This document shows, one piece after another, positions 24,784 to 33,298 of a stretch of DNA of 37,222 nt (its first letter is position 1; the number at the start of each line of letters is the position of its first letter). A program made the position numbers and the translations under genes. The DNA is taken from the IMG/VR virus record IMGVR_UViG_2049941000_000876. One strand, 5' to 3'. This DNA comes from an uncultured virus (IMG/VR IMGVR_UViG_2049941000_000876). Its lineage: Duplodnaviria > Heunggongvirae > Uroviricota > Caudoviricetes. The notes under the pieces were generated by a model. It worked only from the letters and a program-made list of their open reading frames with translations. It searched no databases and was not told the DNA's origin.

Positions 24784-25014
24784 TTGATGATGAGGATTTA
24801 TTGTCAGCCGAATGATTGTGATAATTGTCCATACGAAGATTGTATAGGTGAGATAAAGATTAAGAAAAAGCCGGGTAGAAAGAAATTACCTGATGCAATA
24901 GTACATCAACATAGATTAGAATATAATAGAAAGTATCGAGAAGAACATAGAGAACAGATACGAAAACAAAATAGGGAGAATTATTACAAAAATAAGCATG
25001 AAAAGAATAGTTGA
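24784..25014 (+). CDS. Small Cys4 zinc-binding basic protein
   Basis: CQPNDCDNCPYEDC, KKPGRKK, basic helix; paralog of 12917..13132; exact start uncertain. Confidence 0.7.
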   Translation: MMMRIYCQPNDCDNCPYEDCIGEIKIKKKPGRKKLPDAIVHQHRLEYNRKYREEHREQIRKQNRENYYKNKHEKNS

Positions 25015-25540
25015 AATTTTCTTATTATCGTCATTTTTAGCGATTTTTATTCTAACTAATACAAATTATCAAGTTGAACATAAAATAGTTGTTCCGGCTA
25101 AAATTATTGATACAGAGACACAACCTATAAAGTATGTTGAGATAATAACTTTAGAAGAACAGCAAGAAGAGATACGAAACGAGATATATTATGGGGAGTT
25201 AGAAGAGTTAGCCTTATTAGTGCAAGCAGAGTCTGGCAATCAAGATGAGCTTGGTAAACGATATGTGGCTGATTGTGTATTGAATAGGGTTGATGATCCA
25301 GATTTTCCTGACAATATACATGATGTGATATATCAAACTAATCCCACTCAATTTTCTCCTACAACAGATGGTGGAATAGAAAAAGCTGGTTACACAATAA
25401 CAGAAGATGTATTTCAGATTGTGTTAGAAGAAGTAGAACAAAAGACAAATACCGAAGTAGTTTATTTTAGAACACAGAGGTATAGTAGTAGTGGACATCC
25501 AGCATTTAAGCACGGAGACCATTATTTTTCAACGAGGTAA
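24998..25540 (+). CDS. SleB/CwlJ-like (Hydrolase_2) cell wall hydrolase with N-terminal signal anchor
   Basis: LALLVQAESG...VADCVLNRV...FPDNIHDVIYQ...QFSP...GDHYF. Confidence 0.85.
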   Translation: MKRIVEIFLLSSFLAIFILTNTNYQVEHKIVVPAKIIDTETQPIKYVEIITLEEQQEEIRNEIYYGELEELALLVQAESGNQDELGKRYVADCVLNRVDDPDFPDNIHDVIYQTNPTQFSPTTDGGIEKAGYTITEDVFQIVLEEVEQKTNTEVVYFRTQRYSSSGHPAFKHGDHYFSTR

Positions 25541-25545
25541 AAGAT

Positions 25546-25692
25546 ATGATTAAATATGTAGTCATGGATCCTTGCACTGAAAATCATTCTCCTTTTTATT
25601 CAACAAAAGAAGAAGCAGAAAGAGACCTTTATAATGGCATTAGTTTTCAATGGTCATTAGAAGCAGAAATATTAGAAGCCGAGGTACGATGA
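25546..25692 (+). CDS. Small hypothetical protein (48 aa)
   Basis: GAGG SD; fills the gap between flanking genes. Confidence 0.5.
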   Translation: MIKYVVMDPCTENHSPFYSTKEEAERDLYNGISFQWSLEAEILEAEVR

Positions 25693-25887
25693 ATGAAATG
25701 TCCGTTTAGATTAAATATCGAATATGAGTATGGAGATTTAGATAATAAAGGAATTATTGCAGTAATAGAGCAAAGGGAAGTTTTCCCAGATTGTTATGAG
25801 AATGATTGTCCTTGTTGGAAATATGACCATCCAGACGGTTATCATTGTTTAAAAGCGGATGCTTTTGAGGGTATAGATGAAGAATGA
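25693..25887 (+). CDS. Small Cys-rich hypothetical protein
   Basis: MKCPF...FPDCYENDCPCW. Confidence 0.65.
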   Translation: MKCPFRLNIEYEYGDLDNKGIIAVIEQREVFPDCYENDCPCWKYDHPDGYHCLKADAFEGIDEE

Positions 25888-26794
25888 TGTGGCGAAAAAG
25901 ATATTAGATATATTGATAGAACATGAGGGTAGAGATAAGAAGATTTTATTTCTACCCTATAAGATTGAGATGTGGGATAGTATGGAAAGTTTATATTTAG
26001 AGTGTGTAGAGCAGGGTATAACAGTCAGAATACATCCCATACAATATAAAGAATATATATCTAAGCGGTCTTATAAGATAAAGTTTGATGATTGGTTTGA
26101 TAATGAAAACGTGATAAATTATAGAGAGTATATTCAATATAATCCAGATATCATTATTTTTCATTATCCTTTTGATGGTTATAATACTATCACCAGTATA
26201 GATACAACTTATAGGTCAGCTAATTTAAAAAGAGAGAATAGAACATTAGTGTATATACCGTATCATGGTTCATATATGACATCCAGAGAAGCATCTTTAC
26301 CTGCCGTTATATCATCAGATTATGTGTTTGTATCAGATAGTGGCGTAAAGGAGATATGTGAATCAACATGGAGAGCACATAATGTTAATAAATTACCCAA
26401 AATATACGCAACAGGTACACCAAAGTCAGATAGATTGGTGTCTATGGATGAAAATAGTAACACAGTGTTGATAGCAAATTCTTTAGGTCCATTTTTGAAT
26501 GATGTTGATAGAGTATCAAAATATATAACACTGATACTTGATGAGCTGAAAAAGGGCAGAAAAGTGATTTACAGACCTCATCCATTATTATACTCAGCTA
26601 TTCAATCAACTCAAATGGGAAGATTACCTAGTTATGATAAGTTTTTATCGTGGTTGAGATATAATAATGTCGAGATAGATGAGAGCAAAAGCTTTGAGGA
26701 TACCATCAGTAGATGCAGTTACATTTATAGTGATGGAGGAAGTATTTATGATATTTGTAGTAGAGCAGGAATGAAAGTGGGGCATATCATATGA
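25877..26794 (+). CDS. GT-B fold, CDP-glycerol glycerophosphotransferase-like protein
   Basis: ILFLPYK..MWDS, PDIIIFHYPFD, LVYIPY, GTPKSD, IYRPHP, YSDGGS. Confidence 0.6.
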   Translation: MKNDVAKKILDILIEHEGRDKKILFLPYKIEMWDSMESLYLECVEQGITVRIHPIQYKEYISKRSYKIKFDDWFDNENVINYREYIQYNPDIIIFHYPFDGYNTITSIDTTYRSANLKRENRTLVYIPYHGSYMTSREASLPAVISSDYVFVSDSGVKEICESTWRAHNVNKLPKIYATGTPKSDRLVSMDENSNTVLIANSLGPFLNDVDRVSKYITLILDELKKGRKVIYRPHPLLYSAIQSTQMGRLPSYDKFLSWLRYNNVEIDESKSFEDTISRCSYIYSDGGSIYDICSRAGMKVGHII

Positions 26795-27147
26795 CTATAC
26801 AAGAAAAGATACGGCAGAGAAGAAGGCAGATGTTAGTTCATTCTTATATTTATTATGAGCTTGATGATAATATTGTTTCAGATGCACAGTGGGCAAAATG
26901 GGCAAAAGAATTACAAGAGCTACAAGAGAAATACCCAAAAGAATCATCAGAAGTAGAGGATTATGAGCAGTTCAAAGATTGGGACGGATCGAGTGGCGCA
27001 TTTTTAAATTTTTCGGAGGCTATAAAGACCGTGGCAAAAATTCTTCTAGGAATAAAAAGTCCTAGTCTACATCAGATAGAATCAAAAAAGAAAGTACAAG
27101 AGATTCCCAAAAAGAAATTAAAATCAGATACACGGAGTTTGTTCTAA
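26791..27147 (+). CDS. Stand-alone NAD+-dependent DNA ligase subdomain Ia-like protein
   Basis: HSYIYYELDDNIVSDAQW...ELQELQEKYP resembles the LigA N-terminus; no KxDG adenylation domain. Confidence 0.75.
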   Translation: MTIQEKIRQRRRQMLVHSYIYYELDDNIVSDAQWAKWAKELQELQEKYPKESSEVEDYEQFKDWDGSSGAFLNFSEAIKTVAKILLGIKSPSLHQIESKKKVQEIPKKKLKSDTRSLF

Positions 27148-27152
27148 ACGTG

Positions 27153-27180
27153 TTGACATTTACGTTGCATATAGTATAAT
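27153..27180 (+). promoter_or_regulatory. Sigma-A-type promoter
   Basis: TTGACA-16 nt-TATAAT followed by leader AACACATTTTGAAAGGAG. Confidence 0.78.
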
Positions 27181-27223
27181 GATATATGTAAATGATATAT
27201 AACACATTTTGAAAGGAGAAAAG

Positions 27224-27406
27224 ATGAATAAGCCAACGAAAGAACAGTTTGAAGAGTATGTAAGAATCAGAAATAGTGGTATAACTAATATGTGGGATAT
27301 CACATTTATAGTAAGCATCTCTAATACAGGACTCACAGAAGATAATTGTTTTTATATCATGGATTATTTTGATGAGTTAGCAGAAGAGTATGAGGTGGCA
27401 GTATGA
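27224..27406 (+). CDS. Small DUF5049-like protein
   Basis: AAAGGAG SD; IRNSGITNMWD motif. Confidence 0.6.
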   Translation: MNKPTKEQFEEYVRIRNSGITNMWDITFIVSISNTGLTEDNCFYIMDYFDELAEEYEVAV

Positions 27407-27744
27407 CCCGTCCAACACGATTTTATTCATCTCGTCAAGAAAAGAAAGTTGCAAAAGCTATAAATGGTAGACAGACAGCAAACTCTGGTGCAAGTGCATG
27501 GTCAAAGGGAGATGTAACTTCGGATATCATGTTAGTGGAATGTAAAACACACACTGAGTTAAGAGAGCAGTTTACCATTAAAAGAGATTGGATATTAAAG
27601 AATGAAGAAGAAGCATTCCAGATGGGCAAAAGATATTCAGCATTAGCGATAGACTTCGGTGATGGTGAGCAACACTATCTTATAGACCAGAGATTGTTTC
27701 TTGAATTATTAGAGCATTTAAGGGAGGTCAATAATGAAAATTGA
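27403..27744 (+). CDS. Small PD-(D/E)xK nuclease (resolvase-like)
   Basis: QEKKVA...SGA...KGDV...LVECK. Confidence 0.7.
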   Translation: MTRPTRFYSSRQEKKVAKAINGRQTANSGASAWSKGDVTSDIMLVECKTHTELREQFTIKRDWILKNEEEAFQMGKRYSALAIDFGDGEQHYLIDQRLFLELLEHLREVNNEN

Positions 27745-27874
27745 CATTCTTGAATATCTAAAAGAGGAGGAGAAAAAGAAAAGAGAGCGGGAAATACAAT
27801 TACATGAGGAACTAGAGTATATGTATGAATTGGGATTATATAATCCACATGAAGATGCAGGAGATAGAATATGA
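27734..27874 (+). CDS. Small acidic hypothetical protein (46 aa)
   Basis: GGAGG SD; coupled to neighbours. Confidence 0.55.
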   Translation: MKIDILEYLKEEEKKKREREIQLHEELEYMYELGLYNPHEDAGDRI

Positions 27875-28047
27875 CAGGCAGTAATTATAGAGACGATGTA
27901 AATGATATTTTTGACTACATGAAAGATGATTTAGCTACCATTATATCTGAGATTGATACTTTGCTTGATATGGAAGATATTGAGGATATCAAGATACATC
28001 TTTCAGACCTTAAGAATACTGCAATAGATGTGAGGATGAGATTATGA
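27871..28047 (+). CDS. Small acidic hypothetical protein (58 aa)
   Basis: AGGAG SD; ATGA overlaps at both ends. Confidence 0.6.
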   Translation: MTGSNYRDDVNDIFDYMKDDLATIISEIDTLLDMEDIEDIKIHLSDLKNTAIDVRMRL

Positions 28048-28271
28048 ACGAAGAACATTTCAGTAAGCGGGATAAAAGAATATATGACCATCTTGTAGAT
28101 TACGGCAGTATTACAAGTTGGGAAGCTATTAAAGAGTATGGTTGCACCAGACTTTCTGATGCCATTTATCATCTCAGAAAGAAAGGACATAACATTGTCA
28201 ATGAGCAGGAGAGTAGCGTCAACAGATATGGCGAGAAAGTAAGTTATGTGAGGTACGTATTATATGACTAA
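28044..28271 (+). CDS. Winged-HTH small protein
   Basis: GSITSWEAIKEYGCTRLSDAIYHLRKKGHNI. Confidence 0.75.
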   Translation: MNEEHFSKRDKRIYDHLVDYGSITSWEAIKEYGCTRLSDAIYHLRKKGHNIVNEQESSVNRYGEKVSYVRYVLYD

Positions 28272-28842
28272 GAGAGATTTAGTAAAGTGGTTAGAGAAGA
28301 AAAAGCCTGAAGCTATAGCTAAAGCAGATAAGGCTAGAGAGAAAGCAATCCTTGATGCCAAAGAGTTAGAGTATAAAGAGATAGGATTTGATGAGTTTTT
28401 AGAAGATGCGATACCGCATTTACAGAGATTCATCAAGAAGTATGGTGAGTTTATTGACAAGGTCAATGCTCTTGATGGATATTCAATGAGCAGATATAAC
28501 TGGCATTACGGCTATAATGAGTTCGTATCAAGATTTGGAGATATAGTGACAATACGAAAGAATATAGAGGAAGTAATTCATCTTGATACTGAGAGATACA
28601 GGAAAGCAAGGGATAATGCTAATTCCAATAGACGGGAAGTAGAATCGACATATAATACAGTTATAGAGACTGTTAAGAATCTTCCTACAGCTAAAGATGG
28701 ATTAGAGTATCTAAAGAAGCTCGGTTTTGATGTGTCAGAGATTGAGCCTGCAGAGAAGAAAAAACAGTTACCTGCAACCATCAGTGTCAATGTTGATGTG
28801 AAGTATCTACTATTAGATAACAAGGAGAACGATGAGAAATGA
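28264..28842 (+). CDS. Hypothetical helical protein
   Basis: 192-aa ORF coupled to both neighbours. Confidence 0.75.
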   Translation: MTKRDLVKWLEKKKPEAIAKADKAREKAILDAKELEYKEIGFDEFLEDAIPHLQRFIKKYGEFIDKVNALDGYSMSRYNWHYGYNEFVSRFGDIVTIRKNIEEVIHLDTERYRKARDNANSNRREVESTYNTVIETVKNLPTAKDGLEYLKKLGFDVSEIEPAEKKKQLPATISVNVDVKYLLLDNKENDEK

Positions 28843-29378
28843 AGTCATTAGCAGTAAAGTACAGACCTAAGACATTTGATGATGTTCTTGGACAAGATGC
28901 AGTAAAGATTATTTTAAAGCAACAGTTGGAGAGCGGCAATATTCATTCAGCTATGTTATTCTGTGGACCATCTGGTGATGGAAAGACAACCACTGCAAGA
29001 ATCTTTGCAAATGAATTAAATCGTGGTAAAGGTAATCCTATTGAGATGGATGCAGCCAGTCATAATGGTGTAGATGATGTCAGAGAGATTTGTAAAATGG
29101 CAGGTACAAAAGCAATAGATGTAGGACCAGATGGATATAAGATATTCATAATAGATGAAGCACACTCTATTTCCAACACTGGTTGGCAAGCATTTTTAAA
29201 GACGATAGAAGAACCGCCTGCTAGAGTAGTATTTATCTTTTGCACAACGGATCCTCAGCGTATCCCTCCAACTATACTAAGTCGTGTCCAACGGTACAAC
29301 TTTACTAAGGTATCAGAAGGTGATATAAAGAAACGATTGTTGCAAATTTTAGAGACTGAAGGATATACAAGAAAATGA
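28839..29378 (+). CDS. dnaX: Clamp loader gamma/tau-like ATPase, N-terminal fragment
   Basis: LAVKYRPKTFDDVLGQ, GPSGDGKTT, EMDAAS, IIDEAH, LKTIEEPP, TILSRVQ; ends at LETEGYTRK. Confidence 0.92.
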   Translation: MKSLAVKYRPKTFDDVLGQDAVKIILKQQLESGNIHSAMLFCGPSGDGKTTTARIFANELNRGKGNPIEMDAASHNGVDDVREICKMAGTKAIDVGPDGYKIFIIDEAHSISNTGWQAFLKTIEEPPARVVFIFCTTDPQRIPPTILSRVQRYNFTKVSEGDIKKRLLQILETEGYTRK

Positions 29379-30196
29379 GTAGTGTATATTGTATAAGAAA
29401 TGTGATGACGGGTTGTGTATATGTTGGCAGTACCACAAATTTTGATAATCGTATCTCAATTCATATTGATAGGCTGTCTAAACGAAATCATCCGAATAGA
29501 AGTTTACAGAATGATTGGTTATCTTATGGTGAAAATTCATTTGAAATCTTTATTTTAGAGGAAGTTTTAGATGACAGCATACTTATTAGTCGAGAGCAAT
29601 ATTGGATAGACTATTATGGTGGCATAAATTCAGATACGACATATAATATGAGGGATGCAGGTAGTTCTGGAACGTTTTGTGATGAGATTAAAAAGTCCAT
29701 TAGTAATTCTAAATCAGGTGTGCCATTATCAGAAGAACATCGCAGGCATATAAGTGAAAGCGGTAAAGGCAAAGTAATTTCAGAGGAAACACGTTATAAA
29801 ATAAGTGAATCAAATAAGATTACTCATAGTTTACCAGAGTATATTAAACGACAAAGTGAATATACAAAACAGCAGTGGTTAAATCCTGAGTATCGTGAGC
29901 TGATGACAAATCTGTGGAAAGGTCGCAAACATACAGATGAGACCCGTAAAAAGATGTCAAAAAGTGCCAAGCGAAGGGCTAATACAGAAGAATATAAATT
30001 AAAAGTGCAAAAAGAGCATGGTAAACCTGTTGTAAAAATTGACCCGTTTTCGCATGAGATTGTTGCCATTTATCCTTCTGTTTTGTTTGCATCAAAAGAG
30101 AATGGATTAAATCATAACACAATAAGAAATTACTGTGAGAAAAATAAAATATTAGCAGGATATATTTGGAGGTATATAGATGCAAAAAACATATGA
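29375..30196 (+). mobile_element. GIY-YIG homing endonuclease gene inserted in dnaX
   Basis: SVYCI...VYVGS, EQYWID, YN; NUMOD3-like SEEHRRHISES and HTDETRKKMSKS; C-terminal GYIWRY; overlaps both dnaX fragments. Confidence 0.88.
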
Positions 30197-30695
30197 TGAA
30201 GGAGCAGTGTCATATATAGCTAAGTTAGCAGATGGTGGAGTACGATTAGCCATTCAGTATCTTGAGAAATGTCTGGCATATAGTGATGAGCTTACTACAG
30301 AGAATGTTGTTAAGGCACTTAACGTCACAAACTATGATAACTTCATTCATCTTACTGACCTTATTCTTTCTCAGAATAAGTCTGAGCAGATTAAATTTTT
30401 AGATGAAATTTACGCATCCGGAGTTGATTTTAAGCAGTTTTTGAAGCAGTATGTACAATTTATACTTGATGTAAATAAAACGTTGATTTTAGACGATTTA
30501 GACGAAGCATTTAAGTATATCAGTTTGCCTAAAACATCAGAAGTAGAAACATGGTTGATAACGACATTGAAAGATGGAGATTTGGAGACCTATAATAGAC
30601 TGCTCAGCCATTTAATAAAGTTGGATGCAGATTGTAAGTATTCACAGAACCCAAAAGTTGATATAGAGTGTGGAATATTATTATTTGAGGTGTGA
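30180..30695 (+). CDS. dnaX: Clamp loader gamma-like subunit, C-terminal fragment (lid + collar)
   Basis: YDEGAVSYIAKLADGGVRLAIQYLEKC sensor-2 helix; own GGAGG SD at 30168-30172. Confidence 0.85.
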   Translation: MQKTYDEGAVSYIAKLADGGVRLAIQYLEKCLAYSDELTTENVVKALNVTNYDNFIHLTDLILSQNKSEQIKFLDEIYASGVDFKQFLKQYVQFILDVNKTLILDDLDEAFKYISLPKTSEVETWLITTLKDGDLETYNRLLSHLIKLDADCKYSQNPKVDIECGILLFEV

Positions 30696-30955
30696 TTATG
30701 AAGATAATGTGGGACGAAAATCAAGTAAAGAGATACTATGACAACAATGGCGAAGAGATACACGCTGGCAATTATGTTGTATTTGGTTCAGCAGAAGAGG
30801 CAGAAGCACATAATATAGAAAGAAAGCCAGAAAAAGTATATCTTTGTGCCGATGAAGAAACACTTGGTACAGATGCTACTAATCCCAAGTGGTGGTATGG
30901 AATTTATCCATTTAATGAAGCTGATGAAGTATATCTAGTTGAGGTAAAAGAATGA
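30692..30955 (+). CDS. Hypothetical protein
   Basis: GAGGTG SD; YYDNNGEEIHAG resembles a YopX-like segment; exact start uncertain. Confidence 0.6.
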   Translation: MIMKIMWDENQVKRYYDNNGEEIHAGNYVVFGSAEEAEAHNIERKPEKVYLCADEETLGTDATNPKWWYGIYPFNEADEVYLVEVKE

Positions 30956-31755
30956 TTGGACAACAAGCGTTGTTAGATAAGATTGACCGGATGATAGAAA
31001 CGGAAAGATTTCCTAGATTCTCCATTGTAGTTGGAGAAAGGGGGATGGAGCATGAAGATGTGGCAAAATATGTCGCATATAAGATGAAGTGTTCCATTAT
31101 AGTTTTACCTGATGTTAGAGTAGATACTATCAGAGATATGATAGCACAGGCATATAAACTTCATAAGCCAACTGTGTTCTGCATACCTCATGCAGATGAT
31201 ATGTCGGTCAATGCCAAAAATGCTATTTTGAAGGTAGTAGAAGATGCCCCCAATAAAGCATATTTTGTAATGTGTTTAGAGGATATCAACAATACTTTAG
31301 CCACTATTGTAAGTAGGGGTGTAGAGTTAAGAATGATAAGTTGTGGTGCCAAAGATATTTATGATTATGTGAAGAGTTTAAAGCCAGAGCTTAAAGATAT
31401 AGAGCTTTATGTGAATATCTGTGATACACCAGGTGATGTACAATATTTTATGTCACATGATATACATAATTTCTATAACTATGCAAAATATGTAGTTGAG
31501 AATATGACACAGATGTCAGGTGCAGAAGTGTTTAAGCTATCTGAAAAGTTGGCGTTAAAAGATGAGGATGATAAGTTTGACCTCAGATTATTTCTTAAAT
31601 GCCTTCAAATTCTATATATCGAACGAACAGAATATGCACTAGCATATCAGGTAGGAAGATATTTAGAAGATTTAAAAATAAAAGGTATCAATAAGTCTAT
31701 GCTTGTAGACAATATGATACTCCAAGTGAGGAAAGTATGGAAATCACAGAAGTAA
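30952..31755 (+). CDS. holB: Clamp loader delta'-like subunit
   Basis: MIGQ start, degenerate Walker A, VDTIRDMI, ADDMSVNAKNAILKVVEDAP, ATIVSRG. Confidence 0.8.
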   Translation: MIGQQALLDKIDRMIETERFPRFSIVVGERGMEHEDVAKYVAYKMKCSIIVLPDVRVDTIRDMIAQAYKLHKPTVFCIPHADDMSVNAKNAILKVVEDAPNKAYFVMCLEDINNTLATIVSRGVELRMISCGAKDIYDYVKSLKPELKDIELYVNICDTPGDVQYFMSHDIHNFYNYAKYVVENMTQMSGAEVFKLSEKLALKDEDDKFDLRLFLKCLQILYIERTEYALAYQVGRYLEDLKIKGINKSMLVDNMILQVRKVWKSQK

Positions 31756-32648
31756 AAAATCACATTAAGACAGGGCAGTATGATAAGTTTTATATTTTTT
31801 GTGGTGAAGAACATGCCGTGATGAAGATATATCTAAAAATGATGGCAAAAGATAAAGAGCTTACATATGTAGATAATCTTGTGGATTTAATGTCCGGAGT
31901 AAGAACAAAATCATTAGTTCCAGTGCACCATTTATATGTAATAATGAATGATAAAGAGTTTCTGACCAATGAGAAGATGTGGCAGAAATTCAAAGGACTA
32001 AAAGATGATATAGTGGTATTTTATTATACCAATGCAGATAAACGATTAAAGTTTTGGAAACACTTTAAGGATAAAGTGGTGGAGTTTAATAAGCTTGATG
32101 ATAAAATACTGATGAAGTACATTCAAAAAGAGTGTGAATTTAGAGAGGATTTATGCTTGCGACTTATTGAAGCCTGTGACCATAGTTATGGACGAATCCT
32201 TTTAGAGTTAGATAAGGTCCGAATGTACTCCAATTCTGAAAAAGTGACGGCGAACAGTGTGTTAGAGAAATTTCTTGACAGCGGTGTCATATTTAATCAG
32301 CCAAAAGATGCTATATTTGATTTTGTAGCCGCAGTGCTAGAAAGAGTACCATCTAAAGCATATAATCTATTACAACAATCTAAAGCTATTGGAGAAGCTA
32401 ATCTGACACTCCTGGCTGTGCTTTATAACAATATTAAAACACTTTTACAAGTGCAATCATCAAGAGACTATAAGGCGCTAGGGATTAACTTTTGGCAAGC
32501 AAAGAATGTTCTTCCATTTAAGAATAATTATAGTAATGGTGAGTTAGTCAATGCTATGCAGATTATCAGAACTGTGGAAAAAGGAATAAAGACAGGAACA
32601 GTACCTGATGAGTTAAGCGTGGAATATGTATTAGTTCAGATTATGTGA
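31737..32648 (+). CDS. holA: Clamp loader delta-like subunit
   Basis: FYIFCGEE, DKRLKFWK, LELDKV, IFDFVAAV, EKGIKTG. Confidence 0.8.
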   Translation: MEITEVKNHIKTGQYDKFYIFCGEEHAVMKIYLKMMAKDKELTYVDNLVDLMSGVRTKSLVPVHHLYVIMNDKEFLTNEKMWQKFKGLKDDIVVFYYTNADKRLKFWKHFKDKVVEFNKLDDKILMKYIQKECEFREDLCLRLIEACDHSYGRILLELDKVRMYSNSEKVTANSVLEKFLDSGVIFNQPKDAIFDFVAAVLERVPSKAYNLLQQSKAIGEANLTLLAVLYNNIKTLLQVQSSRDYKALGINFWQAKNVLPFKNNYSNGELVNAMQIIRTVEKGIKTGTVPDELSVEYVLVQIM

Positions 32649-32662
32649 AAGGAGGAAAGAGT

Positions 32663-32947
32663 ATGAGATGTCCTAATTGTGGGAGTGACAATCTAGCAGT
32701 AATGGAGACAATCAATCAGCCCGAAACTACATTAAGACAAAGGAAGTGTAGTGATTGTGGTTTTAAGTTTTATACTAAAGAGATTGTGGTGCCTGCTGAT
32801 ACTGTTAAGCCTGTATTTGATGAGTGGATAAGAGAGCGGTCAAGAAAATGCAGAGCGAAGAAGAAAGGGATAAACTATGATGTCAGATTTGAAGATGGAA
32901 GAGAACAACCCGTTACCCCGAAAAAACCTACACAACCTCTGTTTTAG
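32663..32947 (+). CDS. NrdR-N/Ogr-like zinc-ribbon protein
   Basis: AAAGGAGG SD; MRCPNCGS...ET...RQRKCSDCGFKFYTKE; no ATP-cone; ends TQPLF. Confidence 0.75.
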   Translation: MRCPNCGSDNLAVMETINQPETTLRQRKCSDCGFKFYTKEIVVPADTVKPVFDEWIRERSRKCRAKKKGINYDVRFEDGREQPVTPKKPTQPLF

Positions 32948-33058
32948 ATGTGGTCGAAAGCTCAAATCTGAGCAGTCGAAAATACTGGGTATGGGACCCA
33001 CTTGTTATAAGAAGTGGAAGAATGAAAACAATATGAAACCATTGATATAGGAGGGAAT

Positions 33059-33298
33059 ATGGCAGCAGAATTTCCATTAGTTTGTCCATTTTGTGATGAG
33101 TTGGCATACAGAAAAAAGGGTTATCAGCAGATAGTACTTCCTCATAAGATTTATACTCCTCGTATCTGTGCTATGGGTCATGAATTTTATTCCGTAGAAG
33201 AAATACCAGAGGATCAATCGGCGATAGTAAAAGAAATAAGGGAGATAAAGAGGGATGCAATCGAGTGGAAGAAACAACTTAGAAATCCTGAAACATGA
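33059..33298 (+). CDS. Second zinc-ribbon protein
   Basis: AGGAGG SD; CPFC...RICAMGHEFYSVE. Confidence 0.65.
   Translation: MAAEFPLVCPFCDELAYRKKGYQQIVLPHKIYTPRICAMGHEFYSVEEIPEDQSAIVKEIREIKRDAIEWKKQLRNPET

Noticed and set aside
29375..30196. Group I intron or intein in dnaX
   Set aside because: No non-coding flanks for an intron core; the endonuclease is out of frame with dnaX and lacks intein terminal residues; the downstream fragment has its own SD
32663..32947. Calling this gene nrdR
   Set aside because: Only the zinc ribbon is similar; the ATP-cone is absent
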